Source: Geosiphon pyriformis uo1 (taxonomy: Eukaryota > Fungi > Glomeromycota). Taken from it: 64,000 nucleotides of DNA. The stretch lies in assembly GCA_016748015.1 (NCBI GenBank), contig JAAOMT010000197.1:344388-408387 (forward strand), written 5' to 3'. Below, one piece after another: positions 41,448 to 55,701 of the stretch. The notes beneath the pieces were generated by a model, which was not told where the DNA came from, ran no database searches, and was given only the letters and a program-made list of their open reading frames with translations. How positions within the stretch are numbered: the stretch's first letter is position 1; each line of letters begins with the position of its first letter. The position numbers and the translations under genes were made by a program.

Positions 41448-44400
41448 ATATTTATTTACTATTAAAAATCAACAACATGCTAAATGCTTTAGGAAAGCCA
41501 AGTTTTTTTTAACTTTAGACTTAGAAAACAGATACTAACAAGTTAAAATAAATTCTAAAAACTGTTCCAAAATAGTATTTATTACTTAAGGAAAAAATTA
41601 CAAGTTTAATATAATGTTTTTTGGACTCTATAATAAATCAACAATATTTTAAAGACTTATGAATATTGTATACAAAAGATTTTTATGGCAATTAGTAGTT
41701 ATTTATTTAAATAACATTGATCTATATTCCTCAAATTTTAAAGCTTACCTAATTTACTTGTGAAAAGTTTTTTAATAATTATAAAAAACAAGATTAAAGT
41801 TAAACATTAAAAAATGTTACTTTGAAAAAACAAATTTGATTTTCCTTAAACACATTGTCGACAAAGATAAAGTTCAATCTAATCTAAGAACAATTAGTGC
41901 TATTAAGAATTTTCAAGTTCTCTAAAATACTATAAAACTAAGAAAATTTATATAATTAGTCTCTTATTACTGAAAGTTTATCAAAAAAATTTTTAAAATC
42001 ACTAAATTACTTAATCACTTAATCAACAAAAATATAAAATATCAATAAATACAAGCTTAACAATAAGCATTCAATATTTTCAAAGAAAAACTTATTACAA
42101 CTTAATTTTTGTCTATTCAAATTTTAGTAAAAAGTTTCAGTTATTATTAATGCTTTACACATAGCTTTTAATATCATCTTATTATAATTGAATAATAATG
42201 ACAATAAACAAATAATTGTCTATGTTAATAGAACTCTTAAATTAACTGAACTCAAATATGAATTCACCAAATTAGAAGCAACAACTGTTATTTGGACTCT
42301 AAAATACTTCCAACAATATTTTCAAAATGAATTCCAATTTAATATTATTACAGATAATATTAATCTCAAATGGCTCAACAAAAAAAGCTCTAAACTTAGT
42401 GCCAAACAATTTTGATGATCTGATTTTCTAATAGACTACAAATATATTATTTATTACAAACTAAACAAATTACATACAAATATAGATAGTCTTTTCAGAA
42501 TAAAGCAAGATTAGAATTAATACCAACAAATTACTAATTCAACAATAATCAACAAATAAAACAATAGATTCTAAAAACTACAACAATAGTAAAAATTATT
42601 TAAAGATTTTTAACATACTAGAAAATTGTTTTTTAACTAAAAAACACTAATTACAATACCAATTCAAACAATATTTCCTGCACCACAATAAAATCTATTA
42701 TTAAAACTGCCAAAATCTAACAAATCTATTTAAATTAGTCTAACAAAATAAAAAAAACAATTTTATATAACATATATACAAACTTTTTATTAACATATCT
42801 AGAAAAAAACAGCACAATACAGAAAACATTAAAACATTATTTTTGGCTTTACATATACCAAAACATTTAATAATATATAAAATCATGTAATAGTTGTTAA
42901 AAAAAAGAAAAAACTTGTCTCACTAAATCTTTAAATCCAATCAAAGTTGAACAACCTTTTAACAAAATAGGAATTAATTTAATTAGACCACTATCTGTTA
43001 TCACTTAAGAAAATCATTATATTACAGTTATAATAGATTATTTCACTAAATGGCCCAAAATCAGAGCTATTTAACAAGCAGATGCAAAAACAATAGCAAA
43101 TTTCATCTATAAGAACATTATTTGTAGACATAAATGTCTAATTAAACTTTTATCTAATCAAAAAACACATTTTGTAAACAACTTAATACAAAAAATTTGT
43201 AAACACTTTAATGTTAAGAGACTTTTATCATTATCTTATTACCTATAAACAAATGAACTTATAGAACAATTCAATCAAATATTATATAAATTATTAACCA
43301 AAGTTTTAACCAATTTTAAGCAGAAATAAAATATTTTTATTCTATTAATGTTATTAGTATATAAAACATTAAAACAAAATATTATGAAATACACTTTTTG
43401 ATTTGATCTATAGAAGAATAGCAATACTACTAATTTATTTCACCATAAAAACATATTCTATACAACCAATTAATGAAGAAAACTATTAAAAAACATTTCA
43501 AAAACATGTTTACATTTTTCTTAGTACTTTAAAAAAAAAACAATAAATAGCAGTCACACATATTGAATACTTCTAAGCTCAACAAAAAAAATGACATGGC
43601 AACAAATTGCCACCAGTCACCAACAAGTTTAAAGTTGGAAACAAAGTTTTCTTATACAGAACTAAGGCTGAAAAACAATAGAATGAAAAATTTAAACAAA
43701 AATGAAATAAATCATTCTATATTTACAAAATCTTAGGCAATAGATTATACAAGTTAAGACTTGATAACAAAGTCTTAGCAAAAGTTGCACATAAGAATTG
43801 ATTGAAACATTATTATTCTAAAAACAATTCTGAACTATTAATTTCACAAATTAGTACATATTCTCTTTTAATTAATTCTAAAGACATTTCTTGAAACTTA
43901 AAACCAATAGTTATAATAAAACAATAACCAAATTTGAACATTTAATTTAATATTATCATAATATTCATTTAAAAAATACACAAATATAAAACAAAAATAG
44001 TAAATAATTACAAAAAAACCCAAAAACAAAAATATATAAAAACCCAATATCCAAAAATATTTTCATATTTTTCTTTTTTCAAAATCCTTTTAAAAATTTA
44101 TTTTATTTTTTCAAATTTTTTCAAATTTTATTCACAATTTTATTTTATTTTACTATAATTATTTCATAAAATATTTAACACATATCTCAAAAATTAATGT
44201 TAGCATTAAAAACACTCTCTGACTTATTTATAACAATCAATAAAAGTTAAATTAATTACACTCAAAAAAAAATTATAATACCAATAATAAATAATTTGCA
44301 AAATTATTACCTATATAAAAAAAACACAAAAAGTTTCTTTGAAATTCAATTACCAAAACTTATGAAGTAAGTATTAAAAAAAATTTTATTTACTTCTATT

Positions 44401-44839
44401 GATATTTTACCAAATATTATAATTCAACAAAAGTTTTAACTATTTCTTAATAAACAAAGTCATAAATATACTCCTATATTTAGATATTTTTATATTGGAA
44501 GAACACTTTATAAACAAAAACTGAAACTTAAAACAACAAATCTTATTCTTAAAGCAATACAAAAACAAATTCACAATAAATTCAAAACAACAGCTAAATT
44601 GACAAACACTTATTACAAACTTAAGACAGTTATTAAATTTTATAACTTATTTAATATTTGTAAAAACATCTTACAAAATCTAGTACTGCTATTAATAAAA
44701 ATCTAATATATTAACAAACTTACAAAACTGAAATTTTAACAATTTTCAGACCAAATAATCACAATTATTCTAAAATACTATTTTAATATTACAGATAATA
44801 TTTGGACTTTAATAGAGTTCAGTTTTGATGAGAAAATTA

Positions 44840-45691
44840 TGTTACCAATAAAATTTTAGCCATTAAGTTAACATGAAATTACTTTTATAATTCCTATTAT
44901 TAATTAGCATATATCAAATTTTATTTCAATTATTACTTATTATTTAATTAAATTATTGAATATTACTAGTTAATTAATAATTTAATTTGTATAATAAAAA
45001 GTAGAATATTCAGATTACATAATATCTTAAACTATATAACATTCAAAAATTTGTCAAAATTTGTAGAAATTCACAAAATATCTTAATAGTTTACTAAAAC
45101 TATTCATAGTTTGTAAAAACAATTTGTAGTTTATTGAAATATATCTTTAATTTATCAAAATTATAGCAAAAAAAAAATTTAAGTTTATAGATTAATATTA
45201 CAATAAGTTGTATAAAAAAAGAGGTTTTTTTTTCAAGAAAATATATTTTAATTAGAATCAGTTATCTTACATATATCTTTATAAAAAAACTAAATACTTT
45301 AAAAATCTAATTTCTTTAAATAATTATACTTAACATTTTCCAAAACCCAACAAATATTGTTAAAATTGATTAACTACCAATTTTAGTAATCAGTTAGTAA
45401 TTCCAAACTTGAACAAAAACAATTCTCTTAACAAAATTTTATTTTTTTTATTTTTTTTTTATTTTTTTTTATTTTTTTTATTATAATTATTAAGATAGCT
45501 TACAGACAAAATTTCTGTAAAAAAGTTGACTTTTATAGTAAAATAACTGGCACAGAATTGGCTATTCTATTTATAAGTCCAGCAATTCAAAATATAAGAG
45601 ATAATTTGAAAATAAATTCAGTTATTAGAGGTTTAACTACTTATAAAATCATAAATTTACAACAAACAAATATTAAAAACCTCTAATAACA
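44840..45691 (+). repeat. 3' LTR
   Basis: tgttaccaataaaattttagc...ctctaataaca. Confidence 0.88.
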
Positions 45692-46599
45692 ATAACAACA
45701 AAAAACATAATATATTTCACTTGTTAACAATTCTTATAAATCACAAATCAAATAATCCCAAATGAGTTATAAAGTTTAAAATTAATAAAATCAGCTTATT
45801 TGTGTATTTTAAATATTATTACTTAAGTAGAAAAACCAATCCAAGTTATAAAAAAATGTAATCAAAATATAATAACATGAAATAATACAGAATAATACAA
45901 AAAAACACAAAATAATGTGCAATAACTCGGAATAATACAATACAGAATACAAGAACACAATATAGCACAAAAAAACTAATTAAACTTAGAATAACTAGTA
46001 ATAATATAAAGAAACAAAGCAATAACAAAAATAATAAGCAATAGTTAGCAATAATAAAACAATCAAAAGCAGTCTTGTAAAACTAAAAGAAATATATAAA
46101 AAAAAGAATAGTTATAGAAGATAAAAAAAAAGACAGATAAACAAGAATTAACTTCTTTTTTTACTTATATTCAATATATCCTTTGATAAAATCTCTTATA
46201 TATACCTATACTTAATTTACAAAAATAAAAAAAATATTCAAAAAGAACACAGAAACCCAAAAACCACTTATATATGATTTTTAAAGTCATGTATTTCCAC
46301 TAAATTAATCATTGTTTCTTATTATTATTCTTAAATAAATACTTTTAACTTATAATATTGCAAATTTTTAATGATTTGAACCAATCACTTTTGATTACAA
46401 TGGTTGACAATACTAATTTTCTTTTTTAATCTTCTTTATATTTTTTTCTTTCTTTTCTTGTATTTTCTTTTTGTTTTTTTTTGTTTTTTTGATTCTCTTT
46501 TGGAGCAGCAATATAGAAAAAATTGACTGATTGGAAATAGATTTTGTAATAGTCTAGTAAAAAAAGAAAGCTTCTCCTAGAATTAAATAATAACATTAT

Positions 46600-48610
46600 C
46601 TTTTTAGCTTATTATTAGGCTTTAATGACTGCACTTAACTAGTTTAGAGAAGATAGCACACAATTACAAATTGCAATACTATAAAACTATATCTCTGTGT
46701 CTTATAACTTAAGAATTCTATGAGTAAATTTATATTTAAAGAAAAACCTTTAAAGATTAATAACCTTGACACTTCAAATAAACTTTCTCAGAAAAATTTT
46801 TTCAGTTTTCAACATTCAACTTTAGAGCACCAAAAGTTACTGTTTTACTTTTTCAAATTTACTTGTAATAATATCTTCTACACAAGTTGTTTTTTGGTTA
46901 AAATATCATAATATTGTTTTAAATAATAATACAACAAATACCAACTACTATTAGATACTATTTTTTTTTCTTATTATAAATAATAACACAAGATTTTATC
47001 TTGTTGTATAAGTTTTTATATCAAATAAAACTGCCAAATTATATAAATAAATTTTAAAATACACAAAAAAAGCAATAATAATAAAACTATTAATGTTCAT
47101 TATTAATATTGATCTTATAACAAATATAGCAGTTGCTTAAGTATATAAAATAATTTATCAAAATCATTATATTTTTCATATTAATAAAAATTTACTAAGA
47201 AATTTCAAATCAAAGCTTCATAATTAATATAAAAGCTTTGTTTACAATTTTTTTCTATGTTACAATAATTTATATGAAGAAAATTTTTATAAATGATAAC
47301 TACAACTTATTAAAACATATATTAATGCTAAAAATTACTTAATAAAAGCTTTTTATTCTAGCCAACAAGTATAGACCAGTATATTTACATTAAAAATATT
47401 TACTACAAGAACTTAAACTATCTTTTGTATTAAAAATTTCAACAATATTATTAAATACATGCTTTTAGCAAATAGTAGTTTGTATAATCTTGGTAGTATA
47501 TTAAACACAAGACTTGAAAATAAGGCAAAATGGAATTGTTTTTTTGAATATTATATATTTTTATTTTGTATAAGAATTATGTTAATTAACTATAATTTTT
47601 TTTGAGATTGACAAACAAATAACTTAATACTTCATATCTTATATCTTATTTATAAAATATTTAAAAATGACATAATGTCTATATTTTATTATAAATTAAT
47701 TATTATTAAATATTAATATTTATAATAAGATAAAAGAATTTATTTTTTAGTGTACTTTTTCAAGTTATTTATCTAACAACATTTTAATATTTAGGATTTC
47801 AGTCCTAATATAATAGATAATTTTATTAAAAATCTGTATAACATAAAACAAACTTTATTAAAATCAATGATTGCTAAAGTTGATAAAAAAAAACATCAAA
47901 AAAGTATGAAAAATTACAGATCTATGACCAAAAAACAGTAAGCATTTATATTTTATTATAATTGTTAATTCTATTTCTTATCTTTATTTATGTTTGTCTA
48001 ATATATTTCATAATATTATTTGTTGCCATTATTTTTAAGTAATACTATATTCAAAAATTGCAGGATTTTACATTTAAATAATATTTTCATAATGGTATAC
48101 TAATAAAAAAAAAGACAATAATTTAATTACTAAAGCTTTTTGCTTTGTGAATTAAGAGACTGCAAAAATTTTTTTTGATAAAATAGTAATCTTAAATCCT
48201 TTAATTGTATTTAAGACTATTATCAATGTTTTATACTTTGTAGTACAGAGAAAACAAAAATATGGTGAAGTATAGAAACTCATATAACAGATTGTTTAGC
48301 TTGCTATCAAACATAATAATTATAGTGAGATAATAATATGATTAAGACAATTTATTGGCCAACATAAAAAAATAGTGTTTGTACTTTAAAATCAAGACCA
48401 AGTTCTGAAAAACAATCAAGTTGATAATGTTAATAAAAAAAATAAGCTTAAATAAATTGAAAATCTATTAGTATTATGATATAAAGAACACTTAGAAACC
48501 AAAAATTATAAGTTTACTACTAAAAAAAAAGAAAACCATGCACAAAATACATTTGTAATAGATGTGGTTTTTTAAAACACAATAATACAAAATATCAAAA
48601 TTATGTAAGA
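46600..48610 (+). pseudogene. MULE/Mutator (FAR1-related) transposase relic
   Basis: Eroded MULE core (IINNNTR...FIINID...HYIFHI), KIFTTRT*TIFCIKNFNNIIK (FTAG.TT.RVE), SWIM-like YLCLSN...IICCHYF and terminal CNRCGFLKHN knuckle. Coordinates approximate. Confidence 0.7.
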
Positions 48611-48799
48611 TTTAATTAATTATTTGTTTATTTTTTACTTTACAATAACTAAACATTATATTTACTTTTAGTGAAATTAATAATTTAACTTTAATTTGTC
48701 CAATAAAAATAAATAATATATATTATTATTACATATTATTTTTTTAAAATTTAATAAAATTTCTGATTTTAATTAAAACTATTTTTGAAGTTGTTTTAT

Positions 48800-51620
48800 A
48801 TAACAGATTATTATAATTAAATTTATTTAAATTAAAAAATCAAAATCAAAATCAAAAAAACTTAAAAAAAATTCAAATTTAAAATCTGTTATAATTAAAA
48901 TTTCAATAATTCAACTAATTTCAGCAATTTAACTAATTTTAAATCTAATAAATTTAACAAATTTAATATTTTTAATATTATTAAACATAAAAGTTTCTTT
49001 AGTATTAAATATATTTTTATTATTAATAATATTAATAGTTTATATATTAATTATAAAATTAAAAAATTTATTAACAAAAATAATAATATAGCTTTAATTA
49101 AATAACCAATAATTAAAACAATAATTAAATATTTCAAATAATATTATACTTTTTTTAAACTATTATTAAATCATAATATTTAAAGCTTAACTATAAAATT
49201 ACAAAATTTTATAGTATTTAAAACTACTATTTTGCAATATTTTAATAATAATAATAGTATTTAATTGGCTTTAAACTTATTTTACTATTATAAAACAAAA
49301 AAAATAAAACTGTTATTATTTATTTAAATATTTTTATTAAAATTTGTATTAAATATAAATTATTAATATTAATTATTTTATTATATTTTAAATCTTAAAT
49401 CAATTTATTAAAAAATTATATAATAGTGTTTTATAATGAGTATATTTATTATATTTAGTTAATTTTTAAGCAGTAATTAAATTAATCAAAAATTTCAAAT
49501 TGGCTAAACTAAAAACCAATTATATTTAAATAATAAATTTGCTAATAAATAGTTTATTTAAATTAAATACCAAATTAAAACAATTTAATAAATTTATTAA
49601 TTAAAAATTAAAAAAATATTTAACTAATAATTAAGCTATGTATTAATTTTTTTAGTATTATAAGAACAATTAAAACAATAATTATTCTTAAACTTAATTA
49701 TTATTATTATTATTAAATCAATAATAAAAACAAAAAATCATAATTTATAATTATTGTTACAAACAAAATTATATTAAAGTAAACTATTATTTATAATTAA
49801 TTAATTAACAAATAAAAATTAATATTTAAATTCTAATTACAGATATTAAACTTAAACTATAAATTTAAAGTTTTACAAAAACAATATTAAATGTTTTAAT
49901 ATTATTTAATATAATAATTTAAATATATTTTTTATTTTTAATAATAATTATAAATATAAAAAATTAATATATTAATTACAATAATAATTTCAATAATAAT
50001 TTTTAGTTTTAATACTAACTAATAATTTAAAAACAAAAACTATTTAACAAAATTAACAATTGATAATAATTATTTATTAATTAATAACAAAAAAATCATA
50101 CCAAAAATTTAAAAAACACAATTATAATTTTTGAATTTTCAGAACTATTTAAGTCTTATTATAATAAAAATTAGCAAATTAATAATAGCTTAGAATTTAA
50201 TATAATAACAATAATATTATTTTATCTGTTATTATTATTAAAAATAATACTTTTGTTATTATTTTTTTAATTTGAAAAATAAAACAAGTTATTATTAAAT
50301 AAAATTGCTTTAAATTTAGATAAATCAAATATTATTATATATATTAATATTAAAATTAATAATTATTTTATTAAATTTATTCTTAATAATAATTTAATAA
50401 ACAGTATTATTGCAAAATATCTTATAAACTAATTAAATTATTAAGTTAATTAAACTATTGTTACCAGTAAAATTTTAGCTATTAATTAGCATAAAATTAT
50501 CCTTATAATTTCTATTATTAATTAGCACATATTAATATCATTTCAAATTATCACTTATTATTTAATCAAATTATCAAATATTACTATTTAATTAATAACC
50601 CAATTTATACAATAGAAATTAGAATGATTAAATTACACAATACTTTAAACTATGTAATATTCAAAACTTCATTGAAATTTGTAGAAATTTACTGAAATAA
50701 TAAATAATTTACCAAAATATTTAATAATTTATCAAAATAACTTGTAGTTTGTTGAAATATATTTTTAGTTTGTTAAAATTATAGCAAAGAAGAAAGTTTA
50801 AGTTTATAAATTATTACTATAACAAGTTGTATAAAAGAAGAGCTTTTTTTTTTGAGAAAATATATTTTGCTTTAGATTTATTTTTACTTAGATATTTTAA
50901 TTAGTATTAATTTTAAATAAAATTATCTTTTATAAATCAATAAAAACAAATACTTGAAAACTCAATTCTTAAATTATTATACTTAATAATTCTCTAAAAC
51001 CCAACTAATGTTTTAAAATTGATTAACTACTAATTTCAGTAATCTATTAATAATTCCAGACCTAAACAGAAAACGATTTTCTTGACAAAATTCTATTTTT
51101 TTTATATTTTTTATATTTTTCTTTAGTTTTTCTTATTATAATCATTAAAATAGCTTATAAACAAGAATTTTGTAAAAGAGTTGACTTTTATAACAAAGTA
51201 ACTACACATTTTAGTGAATTTCTAGATAAGCAATTCTTGGAAAAAAATCAATATTTACTACAACATAATTATATAAAGTAACTAATATAGAATTGGCCAT
51301 TTTATTTACAAGTTTAGCAGTTCAAATTATAAGAGATAATTTTAAAAATAAATTCAGTTATTAGAAATTTAATAACTTCTAATAAACATGAATCCACAGC
51401 AAACAGATATTAACAACAATTAAGAAAAAAGACTAAAAATCTTTAGTAACAACATAGAAAAAAAAAAGTTTATTTTATTTTAAAAAATTATAATAGTTTT
51501 AAGTAAAACAAAAGCTAATTTAATTATAAAATTAATAATATAAATAAAATATCATATTTATTAATTTTTTAAATTAAAATTAAAATTTTTTAATATATAA
51601 AAATATTATAATTGTTAAAA
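48800..51620 (+). mobile_element. Older, extremely eroded Gypsy gag-protease relic interrupted by a solo LTR
   Basis: Residual similarity to the gag (49200-49380) and protease (IKFILNNNLINSII, ~50370) segments of the 35-45 kb element. Confidence 0.5.
50459..51451 (+). repeat. Solo LTR (same family)
   Basis: tgttaccagtaaaattttagc...ctttagtaaca; colinear with the other LTRs. Confidence 0.88.
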
Positions 51621-51660
51621 TTTATAATTAAATAAAACTTTATTTTTTATAAAAAAAATA

Positions 51661-51850
51661 TAATTAATATTAAATATTATAAATTAAAACTTTAATAATT
51701 TTTTTAAAAAAATTTAATTAATATCAAATATTATAAATTAAAACTTTAAAAATTTTTTTTAAAAAAACTTGGTTAATATTAAATATTACAAATTAAAACT
51801 TTAATAATTTTTTTTAAAAGAATTGGTTAATATTAAATATTATAAATTAA
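51661..51850. repeat. AT-rich minisatellite, unit about 55-58 bp, about 3.5 copies
   Basis: Recurrent ttaatattaaatattataaattaaaactttaataatttttttaaaa. Confidence 0.75.
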
Positions 51851-54800
51851 TTAAGAAATTGTTTTATATTAATCTAATTAAATACTAAAAATAAAATTGT
51901 TATATTTTTGTTAAATTTCAAGTTTTTAATATAATAATTTAAACATTTTTTAATTATTTTTTCTTAAAAAAACCCAAAAAACAACTGAAAATTAAGTAAA
52001 ATATAATAAAAATTCCAAATAAAATTAATTTAATAAACAATAATAACTAATTATATGTAATAAAACATAAATTATACTTATTTTAAAGTATTTTATTTGT
52101 TATATTATATTAAATAATAATTAAACTGTACTTATTAAATTTTTTTATTGGTTTAATAAATATAATCTAATTATTAATTAAAATATAAAATACAAAAGAC
52201 TTTATATAATTACAGCTTATATATTTTTTATATATACCTAATTATTTAATTATATAGCAGTTTAATTAACACAAAATTTAATATTAAATAATTGTAATTT
52301 TAATAAAATTATTATTTAAATATATTTTTTTTTATTAATAATAATATTTATAATATTTTTATTAATATTATTATAATTAAATTTTGTTTTAAGCTTAACA
52401 ATTTTTAAATTCAAGTTATTAATAAATTTGCTAATAATATTTAATTTAATTTAGAAATTAAAACACAAACTTTTCAATTTTACAATTAGAACAAAAAAAC
52501 CATTAACTAATTTAATTATCAATTAAACCAAAGTATTAATAAGTTTAATAATCAATTTAATTAATAAAATTAATAAAATTATATTAAAATTTAAAAAAGT
52601 CAAACAAAAATTAATTATAAGATTAACAGTAATAACAAAAAAAAATAGTTAACAAATAGCAGTAAAAAAACCAATAAAACTAAAATCTTAACATAAAACT
52701 TAATATTAATAAAAAAAATCAAAAACTTTAAAGCCAATAACAAACTTAAAAAAAACTTAAAAAATAATAATAATAATATTAGATAATTTACAACTAAATA
52801 ATTTAAAATTTAAAATTTAAAAGAATACTAATATTTAAGAATTTTTATCAAATATAATATTTTTTTAAAATTAAAAGTAATAATAATAAATTGTAATTAT
52901 TAAGCAAAAATAAAAAAATAAAAAATAAAACAAATATAATTACAAACTTAAATAACCAATTTATTAATTTTAAAAACAGTTAATTAAAAAAAAGATTAAA
53001 CAATTTGGTTTTAAAAATATTATAAAAAATAGTTAATTAACAAAAAAATTTCAATATTATTTTTTATTAGTACAAATTAACAAATAAAAACAGTATTAAT
53101 AACAAAAAAAGATTTAAAATAAACAATAATATAGAATTATAAATTAACAAATAAAACTTTATTAAAAATAGTACTAAAAAAAACATTATAAAAAGTAATA
53201 ACCAAAAAAAAACTAATAAAAATTACAAAAACTACAGAAAACTTAATAATTTTTAAAGTAAAAAAAGAAAATAAAATAAAATTAATATTATTTTTAATAG
53301 TCAAATTTAAATAAAAAAAATCATATAAAAATTTAAGTATAATTTTAATATAAGCCAATTTAATTTTAATAATACTGATATGTAGATTTAAATATATATC
53401 AATATTCCCAACTAATCAATTAAAAGCTTGAATTTCATTTAAAATTGATCACTGTGTCAAATTCGTCAAAATCCTATGTTGATCTCTCGATTTTAACAGT
53501 TTCTTCTCAGCCTATTACAAATAGGCGATCGCTGCAGTTTTTTGATAAATATTTCGAAAATGTGGCATTTGTTTATTTCGAATTTTTCAAAATGGGAAAA
53601 TAACGAATCTGAACATATCATTACTCCTCATGGTGTGTGTGCAAAACAAAAATTTCTGAAAAAAGGTGGAAAATTTTTCCCATGACATTATTTTGGCTAA
53701 AAATTAAACAGATTGAATTGCGTCTGAGAATATGAAATACAGATCATCAATACTTTATAGAATTGCGCCATTAGCACCAATTTAATTATACAAATGATTT
53801 TCCGAGCAAAGCTAATAGAAACTCCGGTTTCATTTCTTTGTTGGGTCTCATTTTTATCGGGCCACAACGTTTGATTCATGACTTCAGAAGTTATTTTGTC
53901 AGCTGGACTAACATGGGATACTCGTGGTATTGGCGCTTCATCTTCGGGCCGAAATTTAAAAATGTAAATCGTTCGTTGGTAAAGGATCCCTGTTATTAAA
54001 AAAAATAAAAATGACGTTAAGAAATTAAGATTGAAAGAAAATGTACTTTAACCTTCGAATAATTTAGATCGAATTTTAGAAAATCAAGATTGATTAAGGG
54101 GTAAACTCCCTATTTTTAAATTCTGCATTAGCTGATGACCCATCCCAAGGGGCTCAGAACCGTTTGACACATGGGATGACTCATTGGTCTCCTAAATCCA
54201 AAATGAGAACAAGATCGTTCCCCGAGAAGCAACTTTAAGGAACGACACGGGTTTTTAATACAACTTCTAGATTTGTTTTTGATATTGTTGTTTTTTTGGG
54301 GTATGTTGTTGTTGTTGGGTTGCAGTAATTCCATAAGACGATCGAGTTTATCAAGCTAGGCGAATCACCCAAAAACCGTTAGCTTGCAGCAACTTTGGAC
54401 ATGTGCCATCCTGTCAAAGCTTCACAAATCATTGTGTTACAGACTAGTAATAACTTGGGAAAAGATAACTTTGGGAGAATATGGCTTTGCTCTTTAGTAA
54501 TCAAATTCCTAACATAGATATCTCGTGAAATGTAAGAATTGATATAATGGGAAGGAATTTCTTACTGACAGACAATGGCATTGCTTTAAGAGTCCTTTCT
54601 TTAAGATAAAGGAAATTAACACGTGAAGTATTCATTACTAATAATAAAATTGAAATCAAACTGGCTAAATCTTTGGTGAACCCAATTGTCAACGCCATCG
54701 ATTCGAATAACCTTCCCTTATCAAGCTTACATTTCACGTTTTGGCTGAACAATGTAAAACTACTAGAGCTAAAACAGTGAAATAAGGATTTGATCAATTG

Positions 54801-55701
54801 CCCAGCTTCCCAATGATTTGGCGCGAAAATATCTTAACGGAGTAATAAAAAATTTTGTCAACATTTGTCGCAGAACAAATATTCCTGTTTGCCAAATGAT
54901 TCATATTCGAATAGGTTCCATGTGAAAGTTCCAATATTGACTCTATAATGAAAGGGGATTCAAATGGCCAAAAATTGGATTAACGGTTGCTTGGTTTGAA
55001 TCTTTGCGACTAAAGGTAGATAAGCGATTGAATAACTATCTTTGACCCTCAGGTGAAAATGGCTGCGCAGCTTGATAAATTTAGAAGCAAACGTTCCCTA
55101 TAACGGGAGTCTTGTGTTCCCAAAGATTAAATCAATGGCTTTGCTTAATAGTGCTCCTTTGATCTCCCATTGTACTTAGAAAATAACTTCTTATTTCTTT
55201 CCTTCCTCAAATCTGTTTTCTCGTTGACACCAAGTAAATACAAAGGTTTTAAAACCTTTCCAACAACACACCTCTTGGGCAAATAGTCTCGCCTTTATAT
55301 TCTTGAACACTGTTTCAAGAAGAAACTCACAATAGTTTGAACTCGACAAAAAAGATATTATTCGTGAAACCCTTTTCGTTATCGAAGACACAAAAAACCA
55401 TATCTTTGTTAGGTCCTACTTTTAGTGGGTTCTTTCATCAAGATATCAGTGAATTGGACATATTTACACTGATAAATATGACTGAAGTATCAGGTACGTC
55501 ACAAAAACTTATCAAACTCTTATTCACTCCTGACCCACTTGAAAACTTTGTCAAAAATGAATTTCAAAAATGAAGAAGTTAAAACCTACGAAATTCAAAC
55601 CTAAGAAGTTGAAGGCCTGGCTTGTAATCTTTTTTTGTTGCACTAAAGAAACGCCATATCTGGCCGAAAAACACCTTTACCTTCACGAAAATAAAAACGA
55701 A

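Larger units (their letters stand above)
35019..45691 (+). mobile_element. Degenerate full-length Ty3/Gypsy LTR retrotransposon (gag, PR, dUTPase, RT, RH, IN, extra 3' ORF)
   Basis: LTRs at 35019-35986 and 44840-45691; purine tract before 44840; possible TSD atgg/ataa. Eroded motifs occur in Gypsy order: protease ~38050, SLWALPIVFVKK ~40420, YLNN (YxDD) ~41705, integrase ~42800-43400. Confidence 0.88.

Noticed and set aside
45850-46560. Low-complexity stretch possibly from another retroelement end
   Set aside because: Too eroded to assign.
51661-51850. Repeat array considered as CRISPR-like
   Set aside because: Tandem AT-rich units without unique spacers, in a eukaryotic context with no cas genes.
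35858-53358. 60-90 aa Ile/Phe/Lys/Asn-rich ORFs in the AT-rich block
   Set aside because: Compositional artefacts of mutated TE sequence; 38526-38714 and 42188-42415 are only fragments of Gypsy pol.
53500-55600. Short ORFs upstream of the PAS kinase
   Set aside because: No motifs; consistent with promoter or intergenic DNA.
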